Source: a virus (taxonomy: Duplodnaviria > Caudoviricetes). From it: DNA of 64,000 bases. The notes below the pieces were generated by a model that saw nothing but the letters and a program-made list of their open reading frames with translations, was not told the DNA's origin and searched no databases. Below are positions 38,389 through 48,111 of this stretch, one piece after another. The DNA is taken from IMG/VR virus record IMGVR_UViG_3300047375_000738; one strand, given 5' to 3'. Made by a program: the position numbers and the translations under genes. Every line of letters begins with the position of its first letter. Position 1 is the stretch's first letter.

Positions 38389-38478
38389 TTATTTTTTACG
38401 CTTTTTAGTAATTTTTGTTGCTCGTTTTGCAGCAACTTTCATCTTAGTTTTTGTTGCTCGAGGTTTACGAAGTGCCAT
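38389..38478 (-). CDS. 29-aa Lys/Arg-rich peptide (not in ORF track)
   Basis: MALRKPRATKTKMKVAAKRATKITKKRKK; TAATG after grx, stop abuts next ATG. Confidence 0.6.
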   Translation of the reverse strand: MALRKPRATKTKMKVAAKRATKITKKRKK

Positions 38479-38729
38479 TATAAAGTATACCCTGTTCCGT
38501 TATATCCAGTATCTTCTAAGTATTTTACAAATTCATCATAGCCGCCAACTGCTTTGCCACCGACTGTAATTTGAGGAAATGTTCTAGCATTTGGAAATAC
38601 TTCAAAAACTTGTTCTCTAGTAAAGTCTACGTCTAATTGTTTGTAGGTGTACTCGTACTGCCGTGTTTCGCATAGGCTTTTTGCCCTGTTGCAAAACACA
38701 CAATTCTCTTTACCCCATACCTCAATCAT
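38478..38729 (-). CDS. grx: glutaredoxin
   Basis: CVFC, TFPQI, GGYD; next to nrdB. Confidence 0.9.
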   Translation of the reverse strand: MIEVWGKENCVFCNRAKSLCETRQYEYTYKQLDVDFTREQVFEVFPNARTFPQITVGGKAVGGYDEFVKYLEDTGYNGTGYTL

Positions 38730-39853
38730 AGACTAAAGCCTTTGAATGTATCTGCTTCAACATCTTGCTTTGTGCCACCTGAAACATAACTTGTAATCTC
38801 TGTTTCTTGTGGAGCAACTTGTACATCTGCACCTGAGATCCATTTCTGTGTCCACGGCAGTGGGTTATTCTTTACACTATAAGGCGACTTTAGATTTACG
38901 TTAGTCATTCTACGTGTGCAAATCCATTCAATATACTGTCCTAGTAGTTCAGTATTCAAACCAATCATTGAGCCGTCTTTAAACAAATACTTTGCCCATG
39001 CTTTCTCTTGATCAACTGCATCTACAAACATCTGAATACATTCAGCTTCTGTTTCTTTTGCAATCTTAGCATAGTCTGGGTCGTCTGTTTTAAGAATCTT
39101 TAGTAGCATTTGTGTACTTGCCAAGTGCAAGTTTTCATCACGAGCAATTAGTTTAATAATTTTAGCATTGCCTTCCATTTTCTTTAGTTCAGCGAATGCC
39201 CAACTACACGCAAATGATACATAGAAACGCACACCCTCTAAGATGTTTACACTCATTAGTGTAAGCCACAAGTTTTTCTTTAGTTCATATAAATCAACTG
39301 TTTTCTTTTTACCATTGACTGTGTGAGTGCCTTCGCCTAACAAGTTGTACCACATGCTTTGCTCAATTAAGTCGTCATAGTACTTTGAGATATCTCCAGC
39401 ACAATCTACAATCTCTTCAATGTCCATTAGTTCATCAAAGATTTTACTAGGGTTGCTGTATACGTTGCGAATAATGTGTGTATAACTACGTGAGTGAATT
39501 GTTTCACTGAATGTCCATGTCTGGATCCAGTTCTCAATCTCTGGCAAGCTCACAATAGGAGCAAATGCTTCTACTGGTGCTCTACCTTGTACACTATCCA
39601 ACAGGATCTGACGCTTCAAATTACTTGTAAAGATATGACGCTCGTGGTCAGTAAGTGCTTTAAAGTCCTTGCTGTCTTTGGTTACATCAACTTCTTCTGG
39701 TCGCCAAAAGAAACCAAGTTGCTTATCAGTTAGCCCGTCAAAGCTCTTATATTTTAGTGTATCGTAGCGTTGGATAGTCGGACCGCCCGACGGATCCAAA
39801 AACGCTAGAACCTTTGTGTGATCAGTTTTATTTGTTGTATCAAAAACGCTCAT
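38726..39853 (-). CDS. nrdB: ribonucleotide reductase class Ia beta
   Basis: FFWRPEE, LDSVQGR, ETIHSRSY, EGVRFYVSF, RDENLH, VAPQETE. Confidence 0.97.
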   Translation of the reverse strand: MSVFDTTNKTDHTKVLAFLDPSGGPTIQRYDTLKYKSFDGLTDKQLGFFWRPEEVDVTKDSKDFKALTDHERHIFTSNLKRQILLDSVQGRAPVEAFAPIVSLPEIENWIQTWTFSETIHSRSYTHIIRNVYSNPSKIFDELMDIEEIVDCAGDISKYYDDLIEQSMWYNLLGEGTHTVNGKKKTVDLYELKKNLWLTLMSVNILEGVRFYVSFACSWAFAELKKMEGNAKIIKLIARDENLHLASTQMLLKILKTDDPDYAKIAKETEAECIQMFVDAVDQEKAWAKYLFKDGSMIGLNTELLGQYIEWICTRRMTNVNLKSPYSVKNNPLPWTQKWISGADVQVAPQETEITSYVSGGTKQDVEADTFKGFSL

Positions 39854-39872
39854 GTGTGTATCCTTTTTTTAA

Positions 39873-39901
39873 GTTATAGCATATGTTTTCTAGTTTGTCA
39901 A
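39873..39901 (-). promoter_or_regulatory. sigma70-type promoter for nrdB
   Basis: TTGACA-17-TATAAC. Confidence 0.75.
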
Positions 39902-42211
39902 CTAGATAACGCAGGTTTCGCAATATTCGTCTTCGACGTCAGCTGATTCAAGTTCTGGTAAAGCTTCTGCACCCATCATTTTGTTGATATCTAATTCGCC
40001 TTGACCATCGTGTGTGTTAAAATAATACAGTTGCTTACCACCGTATTTATAAAACATAAGCATGTGTTGTAGCATTGTACTCATTGGAATCTTTTCATCA
40101 TCATAGAACACTGGATTGTAACTTGTGTTTACACTGATGCCTTGGTCGATGTACTTCTGCAACACTGCCATAATTTTTAAGTAACCTTCTGGCGATTGCT
40201 GATCCCACAGTAGGTCGTACTTGTTCTTTAGACGCTTGTACTCTGGTACAACCTGTTTAAGAACACCGTGCTTTGATTGCTTCACACTAATCAAACTACG
40301 TGGAGGTTCAATGCCGTTGGTTGCATTTGCAATCTGCGCACTTGTTTCACTTGGCATAAGTGCCATTAGTGTTGAGTTACGAATGCCTGTATCTTTTAGC
40401 TGTGCTCTAAGTGCATCCCAATCCATACGCTCAACATGCGGCACCAACTCGTCTAAGTCTTTCTTATACGTTTGGTTAGGTGTAATACCGTGTCCGTACT
40501 TTGTTTCCATGTTGCCACTTGGTGCGCCAACTTCTGCTGCTAGGTCTGCACTTGCTTTAATCAAATAGTAACTCCATGCTTCTGCATACTCGTCTACCAT
40601 TGCTAACCCTTCAGCATCGATATTTTGATAATCAAGACCGTTCTTGGCTAACCAATATGCAAAGTTAATAATACCAACGCCTAAAGGACGGCGTTTCTCT
40701 GTAGATAACTGTGCTGCTAGGATAGGATAGTTTTGGTAATCTAGTAGTGCATCAAGTCCACGTACTGCTAGTTTTGCTACACGTTCAAAGTCTGCCGGAG
40801 TTCTAACATTACCCCAGTTGATTGCACTCAGCGTACACAAACTAATTTCACCATCAGGGTCATCAAAACTCTTTAATGGCTTTGTTGGTAAGTCAATCTC
40901 TGCACACAAGTTTGATTGTTTAATAGGTGCAACGTCAGGAAGGAATGCGCCGTGGTCATTAGCATTATCAACATTCTGTAGATAGATACGACCTGTGTTC
41001 TTACGCTCTTCCATAAAGCTACCAAATAGTTGTGCGGCGGGAATAGTTTTTTTGCGTAGTCGTGTATTACGTTCAGCTGTTTCATATAGCTCACGGAATT
41101 TATCTTGGTCTGCAAAGAACGCATCATACAAGCCCGGTACATCACTAGGCGAGAAAAGAGTTATATCGCCGCCTGTAACAAGTCTTTCATACATTAGTTT
41201 GTTAAACTGTACACCATAGTCCATATGACGCACACGATTTTCTTCTGTGCCTTTGTTGTTCTTTAGCACAAGCATTTCTTCTGCTTCTAAATGCCAAATA
41301 GGATAATAAATTGTAGCTGCTCCGCCACGCACACCGCCTTGGCTGCATGACTTTGTTGCTGCTTGAAACATCTTGTAGAAAGGGATAATACCTGTATGGT
41401 AAGCATCGCCCTTGCGGATTGGAGAACCAATAGCACGGATACTGCCGCCGCCAATTCCAATGCCTGCTTTTTGACTTACATACTTTACAACACTGCTAGT
41501 AGTAGCATTAATGCTATCAAGACTATCGTCAGTTTCAATAAGGACACAAGATGAGAATTGACGCTGCGGCGTGCGTACACCTGCCATAACAGGAGTAGGC
41601 AAACTAATGTCGTGTAAACTAATAGCATCATAATATTCCTTTACCCATGTTAGTCTAGTTTCTACTGAGTAATCTGCAAACAATGTTGCTGCTATAAGTA
41701 TGTAACACATCTGCGGTGTTTCAAATATCTCACCAGTTACTCTGTTCTGACAAAGATACTTACCACGGAGTTGTTCCATAGCAACATAAGTTAAGTTTTC
41801 ATCACGCTCGTGTTTAATAAAATTATTAATTTTATCCCACTCTTCGTCACTGTATTTTGTAATTAATTCAGGATCGTAAAACCCAGCTTCAATGTTGCGT
41901 TCAACTAATTCTTTTACATGGCAAGGATCGTAGCCGTCATAGACTTCCTTACGCAATGCATAATTGATAAGTCTACCACCGACATATTGATAGTTAGGAG
42001 TCTCTTCACTAATAAGATCTGCTGCTGCTTTGATAAGAGTTTCTTGAATTTCGCTTGTCTTCATACCATTAAAAAATTGTATTTGACTTTTAATTTCTAC
42101 CTCGCTTGGGCTAACTCCTGTAATGTCGTTACATGCAAAAAATACAACTTTGTGTAACTTTTCTACGTCTAGTGTTTCTTTATCGCCGTTGCGCTTGGTA
42201 ACTTGAATCAT
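39902..42211 (-). CDS. nrdA: ribonucleotide reductase class Ia alpha
   Basis: ATP cone VTKRNG, QFSSCVL, SQGGVRGG, QSNLCAEI, C-terminal CETC. Confidence 0.97.
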   Translation of the reverse strand: MIQVTKRNGDKETLDVEKLHKVVFFACNDITGVSPSEVEIKSQIQFFNGMKTSEIQETLIKAAADLISEETPNYQYVGGRLINYALRKEVYDGYDPCHVKELVERNIEAGFYDPELITKYSDEEWDKINNFIKHERDENLTYVAMEQLRGKYLCQNRVTGEIFETPQMCYILIAATLFADYSVETRLTWVKEYYDAISLHDISLPTPVMAGVRTPQRQFSSCVLIETDDSLDSINATTSSVVKYVSQKAGIGIGGGSIRAIGSPIRKGDAYHTGIIPFYKMFQAATKSCSQGGVRGGAATIYYPIWHLEAEEMLVLKNNKGTEENRVRHMDYGVQFNKLMYERLVTGGDITLFSPSDVPGLYDAFFADQDKFRELYETAERNTRLRKKTIPAAQLFGSFMEERKNTGRIYLQNVDNANDHGAFLPDVAPIKQSNLCAEIDLPTKPLKSFDDPDGEISLCTLSAINWGNVRTPADFERVAKLAVRGLDALLDYQNYPILAAQLSTEKRRPLGVGIINFAYWLAKNGLDYQNIDAEGLAMVDEYAEAWSYYLIKASADLAAEVGAPSGNMETKYGHGITPNQTYKKDLDELVPHVERMDWDALRAQLKDTGIRNSTLMALMPSETSAQIANATNGIEPPRSLISVKQSKHGVLKQVVPEYKRLKNKYDLLWDQQSPEGYLKIMAVLQKYIDQGISVNTSYNPVFYDDEKIPMSTMLQHMLMFYKYGGKQLYYFNTHDGQGELDINKMMGAEALPELESADVEDEYCETCVI

Positions 42212-42242
42212 TCTCTCTTTTCCTTCTATCAATGTTTGGTAT

Positions 42243-42668
42243 TTAGTATTCGTTCGGTAACGAATATACTGATTCGACAACTAAATTGTCGGGTAAATTT
42301 TCTTTTTTAATGATGCTTCCTCGGTCATATCCAATCACATTATCGTCAACAAAAAACAAGTAATGTGAAGTGGATCTATCTTTGTCTTGTGTAATATGTA
42401 TCTCTTTGACACTAGTAGAAAAACGTTCAGTTAACCCTAAAGTGTAACCAATTCCTAAAATATATCCAAACTCATCGTACTTGTTTTCTTCAAGTAGTTC
42501 CCAAGGAGTTGGCCAGTTCGAAGGAGTGTACGGATCAATACAAAAAGCAGATATTGGCGCAGTATTATATAACTCTACTGTGCTTTTAAAAGGCTGTTCA
42601 TCTGTTTCTAGATGTTGTCTAAAATCATACCAGGCACGAAGCCGGTCTTCAATATTTTTATCAAACAT
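42243..42668 (-). CDS. conserved phage hypothetical protein
   Basis: RL..W..FR, WPTPWEL...N motifs. Confidence 0.7.
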   Translation of the reverse strand: MFDKNIEDRLRAWYDFRQHLETDEQPFKSTVELYNTAPISAFCIDPYTPSNWPTPWELLEENKYDEFGYILGIGYTLGLTERFSTSVKEIHITQDKDRSTSHYLFFVDDNVIGYDRGSIIKKENLPDNLVVESVYSLPNEY

Positions 42669-42670
42669 AA

Positions 42671-44380
42671 CTACGCACGTACACGGTAAGAGTAAGTGAA
42701 TAGGTCTTCTGTTAATGGCGTTAGGTTTTTGCACTTGACAACAATGCTAGGCGATAACGAACCGTCGATGTCGTCTGTTGTTGCTGAAAACACAAAGTTC
42801 GCTAGATAAGTTGTGTCACCTGTAAAATCAGTTGTTTGATTCACTAGCAAGGTAGTGTTGTTGCTATCGTAATGAAATTCCATAGTTCCTGTCTGTCTTA
42901 AAAAAATGTTTGCATCTACGCCGTTTACTCGTTGTCCTTCGTAAAGATAGTCTAAGTAAACTACTCCTTCATTATACAACGGTAATTTAAGAATGTCAAC
43001 CGGATCTGTGCCACCATCTACCTGTGTATTTCCGATAGTGATTGAATGGCGTGTTTTGTTATCAAAATTTACTCTACCTGCAACATCAGCTATGTAGTTG
43101 GTTCCAATGTGCGGATCAATTATACTACTATCGCCTGCTGATCTATGTGGTGACAAACGTAGTGTTCTTTGGAAGTGATCGTTTTCAGTCTTGTTGTCCA
43201 TATCATTTGTAAAACTAATAACAGGTGTAACACATTGGCCTTCGTCGCCACCATCGTTGCCACAGTTTAAGAATGTATTGTTTTGACTGGTGTTGTAGTT
43301 TCCATTTTCAAATAGAAGTGTGTCTCTATAAACTAGATCAAATTTACTATCTTGAATAATATTATAACTAGGACCAGTCGCAAATCCATTTGCACTATTT
43401 AATGATCCTACGCCCATTACAAATGCTTGCCAACAAATACTTGCATTGATATTTGTCCATACATTTTTATCTGCATCGTGCGGTGCTTCAACAATGTGAT
43501 AGAAGTTATCGCAATCAATATTTGTAAACGTATTTTCAATGCACTGTGCATTACCAGTGCCGATCATATCAAACACTACGTGAAAACTTTCGTCAGCATC
43601 TCCAAAGTCGCCGCCAAATGTCCACACACCTTCAATTTTTAAATCACTAAAGTTACTACGTGCAACTTCACGCATTTGGAATACTGCACTAAATCTATTG
43701 TTGCGTAGTGTCATTCCGCTGATATTATTGTGTCTTACTTGTGTTGTATCAGAACTTGTTACTGGAACTGTTTGTGCTAACCCTGTATAAACACCAGGCT
43801 GGGCATTACCGTTTGCAAATGCAAACATTGGTTTTGTACTTGCGGTAGCTGTAGTATCTGATTCGGTGTAAAGTATAGTTTTACCAACTCCGTCACCAAC
43901 CAAACTTACAAGTGGCGGAATGTAAATTGTACTGCGTAGAATGTATTCGCCTGCTGGCACCTTAAGAGTTACTTTTTCTTTGCTTATTAGACTACGTAAA
44001 TAAAGTGCATCAATTGCTGCTTGGAACGCCGGCGCATCATCAGTACCAAGTCCATCTCCAACTGCACCAAAGTCAATTACTGTTGTTGTGGCATCAAGTT
44101 TAGCTTCAAGTGTTTGTGCTATCTTTGCAGTCGAACCCCAAAGGTTGCTAGTATTCTTATAGATATAAGAATTAGCTAGTGCAAAGATATCGCTGTGTTG
44201 TGTAAGAATTTCAGTATTACCAACTGCTGGGGCGCCTTCGCTAACTGCACCGTTACCGATATACATCTTTTGTGTATCAATTGCCCAACCAATTTCGCCG
44301 CCGGCTAACTGCGGAATACCAATTTCAGTTAGTTCTCTACCGCGTCTGTTCTGTATGCGAGAAATTTGAACAATGGCCAT
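42671..44380 (-). CDS. virion structural protein with beta-helix domain
   Basis: MAIVQISRIQ.RRG/PQLA.GEIGW N-terminus; DFGAVGDG..DD..AFQ.AID pectate-lyase-3-like. Confidence 0.75.
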   Translation of the reverse strand: MAIVQISRIQNRRGRELTEIGIPQLAGGEIGWAIDTQKMYIGNGAVSEGAPAVGNTEILTQHSDIFALANSYIYKNTSNLWGSTAKIAQTLEAKLDATTTVIDFGAVGDGLGTDDAPAFQAAIDALYLRSLISKEKVTLKVPAGEYILRSTIYIPPLVSLVGDGVGKTILYTESDTTATASTKPMFAFANGNAQPGVYTGLAQTVPVTSSDTTQVRHNNISGMTLRNNRFSAVFQMREVARSNFSDLKIEGVWTFGGDFGDADESFHVVFDMIGTGNAQCIENTFTNIDCDNFYHIVEAPHDADKNVWTNINASICWQAFVMGVGSLNSANGFATGPSYNIIQDSKFDLVYRDTLLFENGNYNTSQNNTFLNCGNDGGDEGQCVTPVISFTNDMDNKTENDHFQRTLRLSPHRSAGDSSIIDPHIGTNYIADVAGRVNFDNKTRHSITIGNTQVDGGTDPVDILKLPLYNEGVVYLDYLYEGQRVNGVDANIFLRQTGTMEFHYDSNNTTLLVNQTTDFTGDTTYLANFVFSATTDDIDGSLSPSIVVKCKNLTPLTEDLFTYSYRVRA

Positions 44381-44396
44381 GTTATACTCCTAGTGA

Positions 44397-45104
44397 TCAT
44401 TTTAAGTATTTATCCAATCGTCCTGATTGCACCCAATCGCCGTAACCGTTTTCTTGCGCAAGTTTTGTAGTGTGATACGGAGTTACTTCGGTTTGCTCCC
44501 AAGTGTGTGGACTCAATGGATAATCATCTATAATATTTTTTGCATCCATTGGTAGTAAATCGTTTAATCTAGGTTTAATTTGTAAATCAGGTGCTGGAAT
44601 AAAAACAAAAGGTATTCCGCTTCTAACCAAGGTAGCCCATGTACTGTGTATAATCCAAGCGTCTTGATCTGCTTTAGATCTCCATTCGTAGTTCTTAACA
44701 AAGAATGTTTTTATATTTTTAACAACCTTTGGAACATCGTGTTGTAGCAGACTAGTCAAACTGTTCGAAATAATACTTGGATATTCTTTAAAACGTGAAT
44801 CTAAACTACTAACATCTTCTAGTCCTTGATAATTAAAATCAAACAAGTTAGGAGGATGTCCTTGGGCTCTTTCAGCTTTGATTTCTATTCTATCAGCTTG
44901 AGTTGAACCCCAAAAGATAAAGTCAACTCCATCTTCAATAAGCTGATTGACTTGATATCTTATGAGTGTGTTACTACAATCGCCTCGAGCAAATGTTTTA
45001 TAGTTAGTAGCATAATGTATAGCGATATGCTGTGTAAAGTGTTGACCCGGATAGTCTTGTCTTGCAGACATAAAACTATCTCCTGCTACTCCAATTGTCT
45101 TCAT
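44397..45104 (-). CDS. SGNH-like hypothetical protein
   Basis: AGDSF, ARG.CSN, terminal H. Confidence 0.5.
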   Translation of the reverse strand: MKTIGVAGDSFMSARQDYPGQHFTQHIAIHYATNYKTFARGDCSNTLIRYQVNQLIEDGVDFIFWGSTQADRIEIKAERAQGHPPNLFDFNYQGLEDVSSLDSRFKEYPSIISNSLTSLLQHDVPKVVKNIKTFFVKNYEWRSKADQDAWIIHSTWATLVRSGIPFVFIPAPDLQIKPRLNDLLPMDAKNIIDDYPLSPHTWEQTEVTPYHTTKLAQENGYGDWVQSGRLDKYLK

Positions 45105-45784
45105 CCATGTTTCTCATAATACTGGCGGCAGCGATTCCACCACTCTTGTTCCCATTCTGCAAACTCATCTGGCCACAAGTCAAACTGCTGATACTCCAAG
45201 CCGCGACTGCACATAAAGATGTGTCCTTCACGTATGTCTGTACCATGCACTTCGTTATGTCCTAGTGCATATGCTGTAAGCTGTAGATAGTAGTCTTCTA
45301 CCCACTCAGGCTTCTTAGGCTTGTTGGTTTGCTTGAAATCCATAATACAAGGATTGCCTTTGTATTGTCCTACAAGATCAGTAGTACCAGCATAGATACC
45401 AGGAACATAAAGAGGAACTTCGCTGCCCCATATTTCATCTACATCAAGCATTGCTTCATCACGTATAACACATGCCATTTGATATGCTTGCTGTGCGTAT
45501 GGATTGCTGCCTGCGCTTTCTGTCCATACACCATTATCAACATAGTCTTCAAGATACTTGTGCATACGTGTACCAACACCACTTGCTTCAGTAACGATTT
45601 CCTGTGCTTTCTTTTCGCCTACACGTTTCTTCCAGGCAATAAGATGGCTCATGTCTTTGGTGCCGCTAAGGATTGTTGTTACACTTGCTACAGGAGGTCC
45701 GCCGGGTGCAGCATATCTGCGCTTGCCGCCAACTTCTACACGCTTTAGTTTTTCATACGTGTACTTAGGTTTTATTAATGTCAT
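45101..45784 (-). CDS. PD-(D/E)XK exonuclease
   Basis: SVTTILS, GT.MH..LE, SE..L, YAGT.D, DFKQT, QL.AY. Confidence 0.85.
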   Translation of the reverse strand: MTLIKPKYTYEKLKRVEVGGKRRYAAPGGPPVASVTTILSGTKDMSHLIAWKKRVGEKKAQEIVTEASGVGTRMHKYLEDYVDNGVWTESAGSNPYAQQAYQMACVIRDEAMLDVDEIWGSEVPLYVPGIYAGTTDLVGQYKGNPCIMDFKQTNKPKKPEWVEDYYLQLTAYALGHNEVHGTDIREGHIFMCSRGLEYQQFDLWPDEFAEWEQEWWNRCRQYYEKHG

Positions 45785-45790
45785 ACTTAG

Positions 45791-45819
45791 ATTATAATTG
45801 GATCTGGTCCAATTGTCAA
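45791..45819 (-). promoter_or_regulatory. sigma70 promoter with palindromic spacer, likely leaderless
   Basis: TTGACA-17-TATAAT-6-ATG; AATTGGA-N5-TCCAATT. Confidence 0.7.
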
Positions 45820-45820
45820 C

Positions 45821-46138
45821 CTATAATTTTTTACCAACATTAGTAGCTTTCTTAGCCATTTTGCCTACTTTATCTTTGTCACGCTTTTTATCTTTAGGAT
45901 CTAAGTCATCAACTTCGCTTGTTTTTAATTCAAGTGTGTCTTGGGTAAAGTCTTTGATAATTTCGTTAACTCTAGCATCTGTATCATATGCTGCTTTTAG
46001 CATATCGTAACTAAACTGTGGAGCACCCATGTTTAACATGTACTCGTTAATTTCGTCCATTGTAATAGAGGTTTGGCCCTTGTCTTTCAACAGGGCCAAT
46101 ACTTGATAGAGCTTGTCAGTTCTGATAGCTTCAGTTAC
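45821..46138 (-). CDS. ORF without a good start; probable -1 frameshift extension of 46135..46899
   Basis: only a TTG start (46099) without SD, inside a hairpin; frame stays open through the A9G run. Confidence 0.6.
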   Translation of the reverse strand, partial: VTEAIRTDKLYQVLALLKDKGQTSITMDEINEYMLNMGAPQFSYDMLKAAYDTDARVNEIIKDFTQDTLELKTSEVDDLDPKDKKRDKDKVGKMAKKATNVGKKL

Positions 46139-46899
46139 TTTTTTTTTGAAAGTGTTTTTGCTAGTTTGCGTGGATCAACGCTTTCACGTTGTTCTCTTTC
46201 ATCTGGCATATCTTCGCCGCCTGCTGCTGGATCGGATGCTGCCATATCGTCCATGTCATCCATGTCCATATCGCCTGTGTCGCCCATGTCGTCAGTTGGT
46301 TCCATATCCATGTCCATGTCGTCCATGTCTGGATCAGCACCCATCATGTCATCTCCGCCTTCGCCTGTGATTTGGCCTACGCCTGATGTTAGTGCAACAC
46401 GAGTTGATTCCATTGCACCGTATAAACTGTCTAGTGCTGGCTTGATAGTGTTTGTAAATGTTTCGCTTGCTTCAGCACCCATTTCATCACGGATAGCATC
46501 TGCTAGTTCTAGCATGGACTCTGTTTGCATTTCCGCTGTGTCTTCCATCCAACCAGTTAAACGGTCAACCATTTCTTTAGCTGCCATTACTAGCTCTGCT
46601 TGATCTTCTGCACCTTCGTTGACTTGTGAGTCTTCTGGGATTTCAATATCGCCACGCTCACTAATCTCTGCATTCAATACATCTAACATTAGCTTTGATT
46701 TTTGATATGTTTCGTTGTGTACGTTATCAAAACTTTCGTTTGTTTCTACATTGAATACTTGTGTACGTAATTTATTACGAGCGTTTTGTAGTTGCTCTAG
46801 AGTAAACTTCTCTAGGTTAAGTTTAGCGCCGAAGCGTTTTGCTAGACTTTCATTAAGTGTCTTAGCTGTTACTGGTTTTGCAAATTCTGAAATAATCAT
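46135..46899 (-). CDS. acidic head-associated (scaffold-like) protein
   Basis: LNE/VNE motifs, Asp/Met-rich C-terminus, structural neighbourhood. Confidence 0.6.
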   Translation of the reverse strand: MIISEFAKPVTAKTLNESLAKRFGAKLNLEKFTLEQLQNARNKLRTQVFNVETNESFDNVHNETYQKSKLMLDVLNAEISERGDIEIPEDSQVNEGAEDQAELVMAAKEMVDRLTGWMEDTAEMQTESMLELADAIRDEMGAEASETFTNTIKPALDSLYGAMESTRVALTSGVGQITGEGGDDMMGADPDMDDMDMDMEPTDDMGDTGDMDMDDMDDMAASDPAAGGEDMPDEREQRESVDPRKLAKTLSKKK

Positions 46900-46935
46900 G
46901 GGTCCATCCTGATGTTTTATTAAAAGTATTTATCA

Positions 46936-47367
46936 CTAGTGTTTTAAAATGTATGATTCTAGATCTGTATTAATGCTTTCTAACTCTGATTTTGCTACTT
47001 CTAGCCTAATTTCTAGCATTAATTTTTTATTTTCGTCATTGGTTCTATCGATAATGTATGAATAGTGCATTGCATCGTTTAAATGTTTTGATGCATTGTG
47101 ATCCTTTTGTTGTAGTTGATCAATTCTATGTCCACCAAGACTAGCTTTAGCAATTGCTACTGCACCATGCTTGGTATCTGCTGTCGATACTGTAGCATTA
47201 TCCTCAGTGTCTACAATTATGTACCCATGCCTTGTACTACGACGAACAAGCATTTTACCAATACGTATTGTCTTGCCTTCTTTGTAAGGCAAAGTATATT
47301 GCGGAATAATTTTATCGACTAAACTTTGTAATGTATCTGCTGTGCTACGAGTGCTCATGTCCAACAA
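46936..47367 (-). CDS. hypothetical protein
   Basis: operonic ORF. Confidence 0.7.
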   Translation of the reverse strand: MLDMSTRSTADTLQSLVDKIIPQYTLPYKEGKTIRIGKMLVRRSTRHGYIIVDTEDNATVSTADTKHGAVAIAKASLGGHRIDQLQQKDHNASKHLNDAMHYSYIIDRTNDENKKLMLEIRLEVAKSELESINTDLESYILKH

Positions 47368-47551
47368 CCAATAAGGCTCCCTTGTAATTGACTTTAGAAA
47401 CTAGGCTTTTGCGAACCAGGTTGTCTAAGACAATCTGTTCACGTTCAGTAAAAAACTCAATATAACACGGTTTTTCTAACTTGTCAAGTAAAGACTTTTC
47501 TTCGTTAGTTGTGTATATTTCAAATCCTTTTACTAGTTCATTCAATTTCAT
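47345..47551 (-). CDS. hypothetical protein
   Basis: MKLNE leader; operonic. Confidence 0.7.
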   Translation of the reverse strand: MKLNELVKGFEIYTTNEEKSLLDKLEKPCYIEFFTEREQIVLDNLVRKSLVSKVNYKGALLVVGHEHS

Positions 47552-48111
47552 TGTTCAGCGGCCCTCTGTAAATCTGCACTTTTGTAAGTCATTTTCTTTG
47601 GTTCGCCTGGCTTGGCTTGCGGATCTTCAATTTCAACTTCGTCGCCTTGTGTGCGTGTTACTTTGAAGTTCTTCTTGCCGCCTGGAGTATTGGTTGGTAG
47701 TTTTATTGCTTTGCCTACCTTTAAAGCTGGATCGCCACCCATTGTTTTGGCGCCTTGTGCGGCACTTGCTGCACCTGGGTTGGTTGGTGCTTTGCCTGAT
47801 GTTGGAGCAGGCTTTGCTGTTGCTGGTTGAGTACCAACTTTAGCATTTGGATCGTTTGTAGGTGCTTCGTCGTCATCACCGGCTACTGCATTATATGCCC
47901 CTTTTGCCACATTGCCGACACCTTTAGCAACACCCTTTGCTGCTTTGTATGCACCCTTGGCTGCAAGTTTTCCAACACCTAGTGCTGCCTTGCCTGCAAG
48001 TTTTCCAACGCCGCCAACTGCGGCTCGAGCTACACCACCTGCAATTGCAGGAATAAGAGGAAGTATTTCATCCAACTGCTCTTCTTCTTTTATGAACTCG
48101 TGTGCTCTCAT
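47548..48111 (-). CDS. Ala/Gly/Lys-rich putative internal virion protein
   Basis: QLDE leader, low-complexity AG/K repeats. Confidence 0.6.
   Translation of the reverse strand: MRAHEFIKEEEQLDEILPLIPAIAGGVARAAVGGVGKLAGKAALGVGKLAAKGAYKAAKGVAKGVGNVAKGAYNAVAGDDDEAPTNDPNAKVGTQPATAKPAPTSGKAPTNPGAASAAQGAKTMGGDPALKVGKAIKLPTNTPGGKKNFKVTRTQGDEVEIEDPQAKPGEPKKMTYKSADLQRAAEQ

Noticed and set aside
38726-42211. Introns or inteins in nrdA/nrdB; HNH at 57882 as intron-borne
   Set aside because: Both nrd ORFs are continuous and normal length; the HNH gene is free-standing
45101-45784. Cas4-like exonuclease suggesting CRISPR
   Set aside because: No repeat-spacer array or other cas genes seen; common phage PD-(D/E)XK nuclease
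46073-46603. 176-aa Ser-rich plus-strand ORF
   Set aside because: Antisense shadow of the Asp-rich gene
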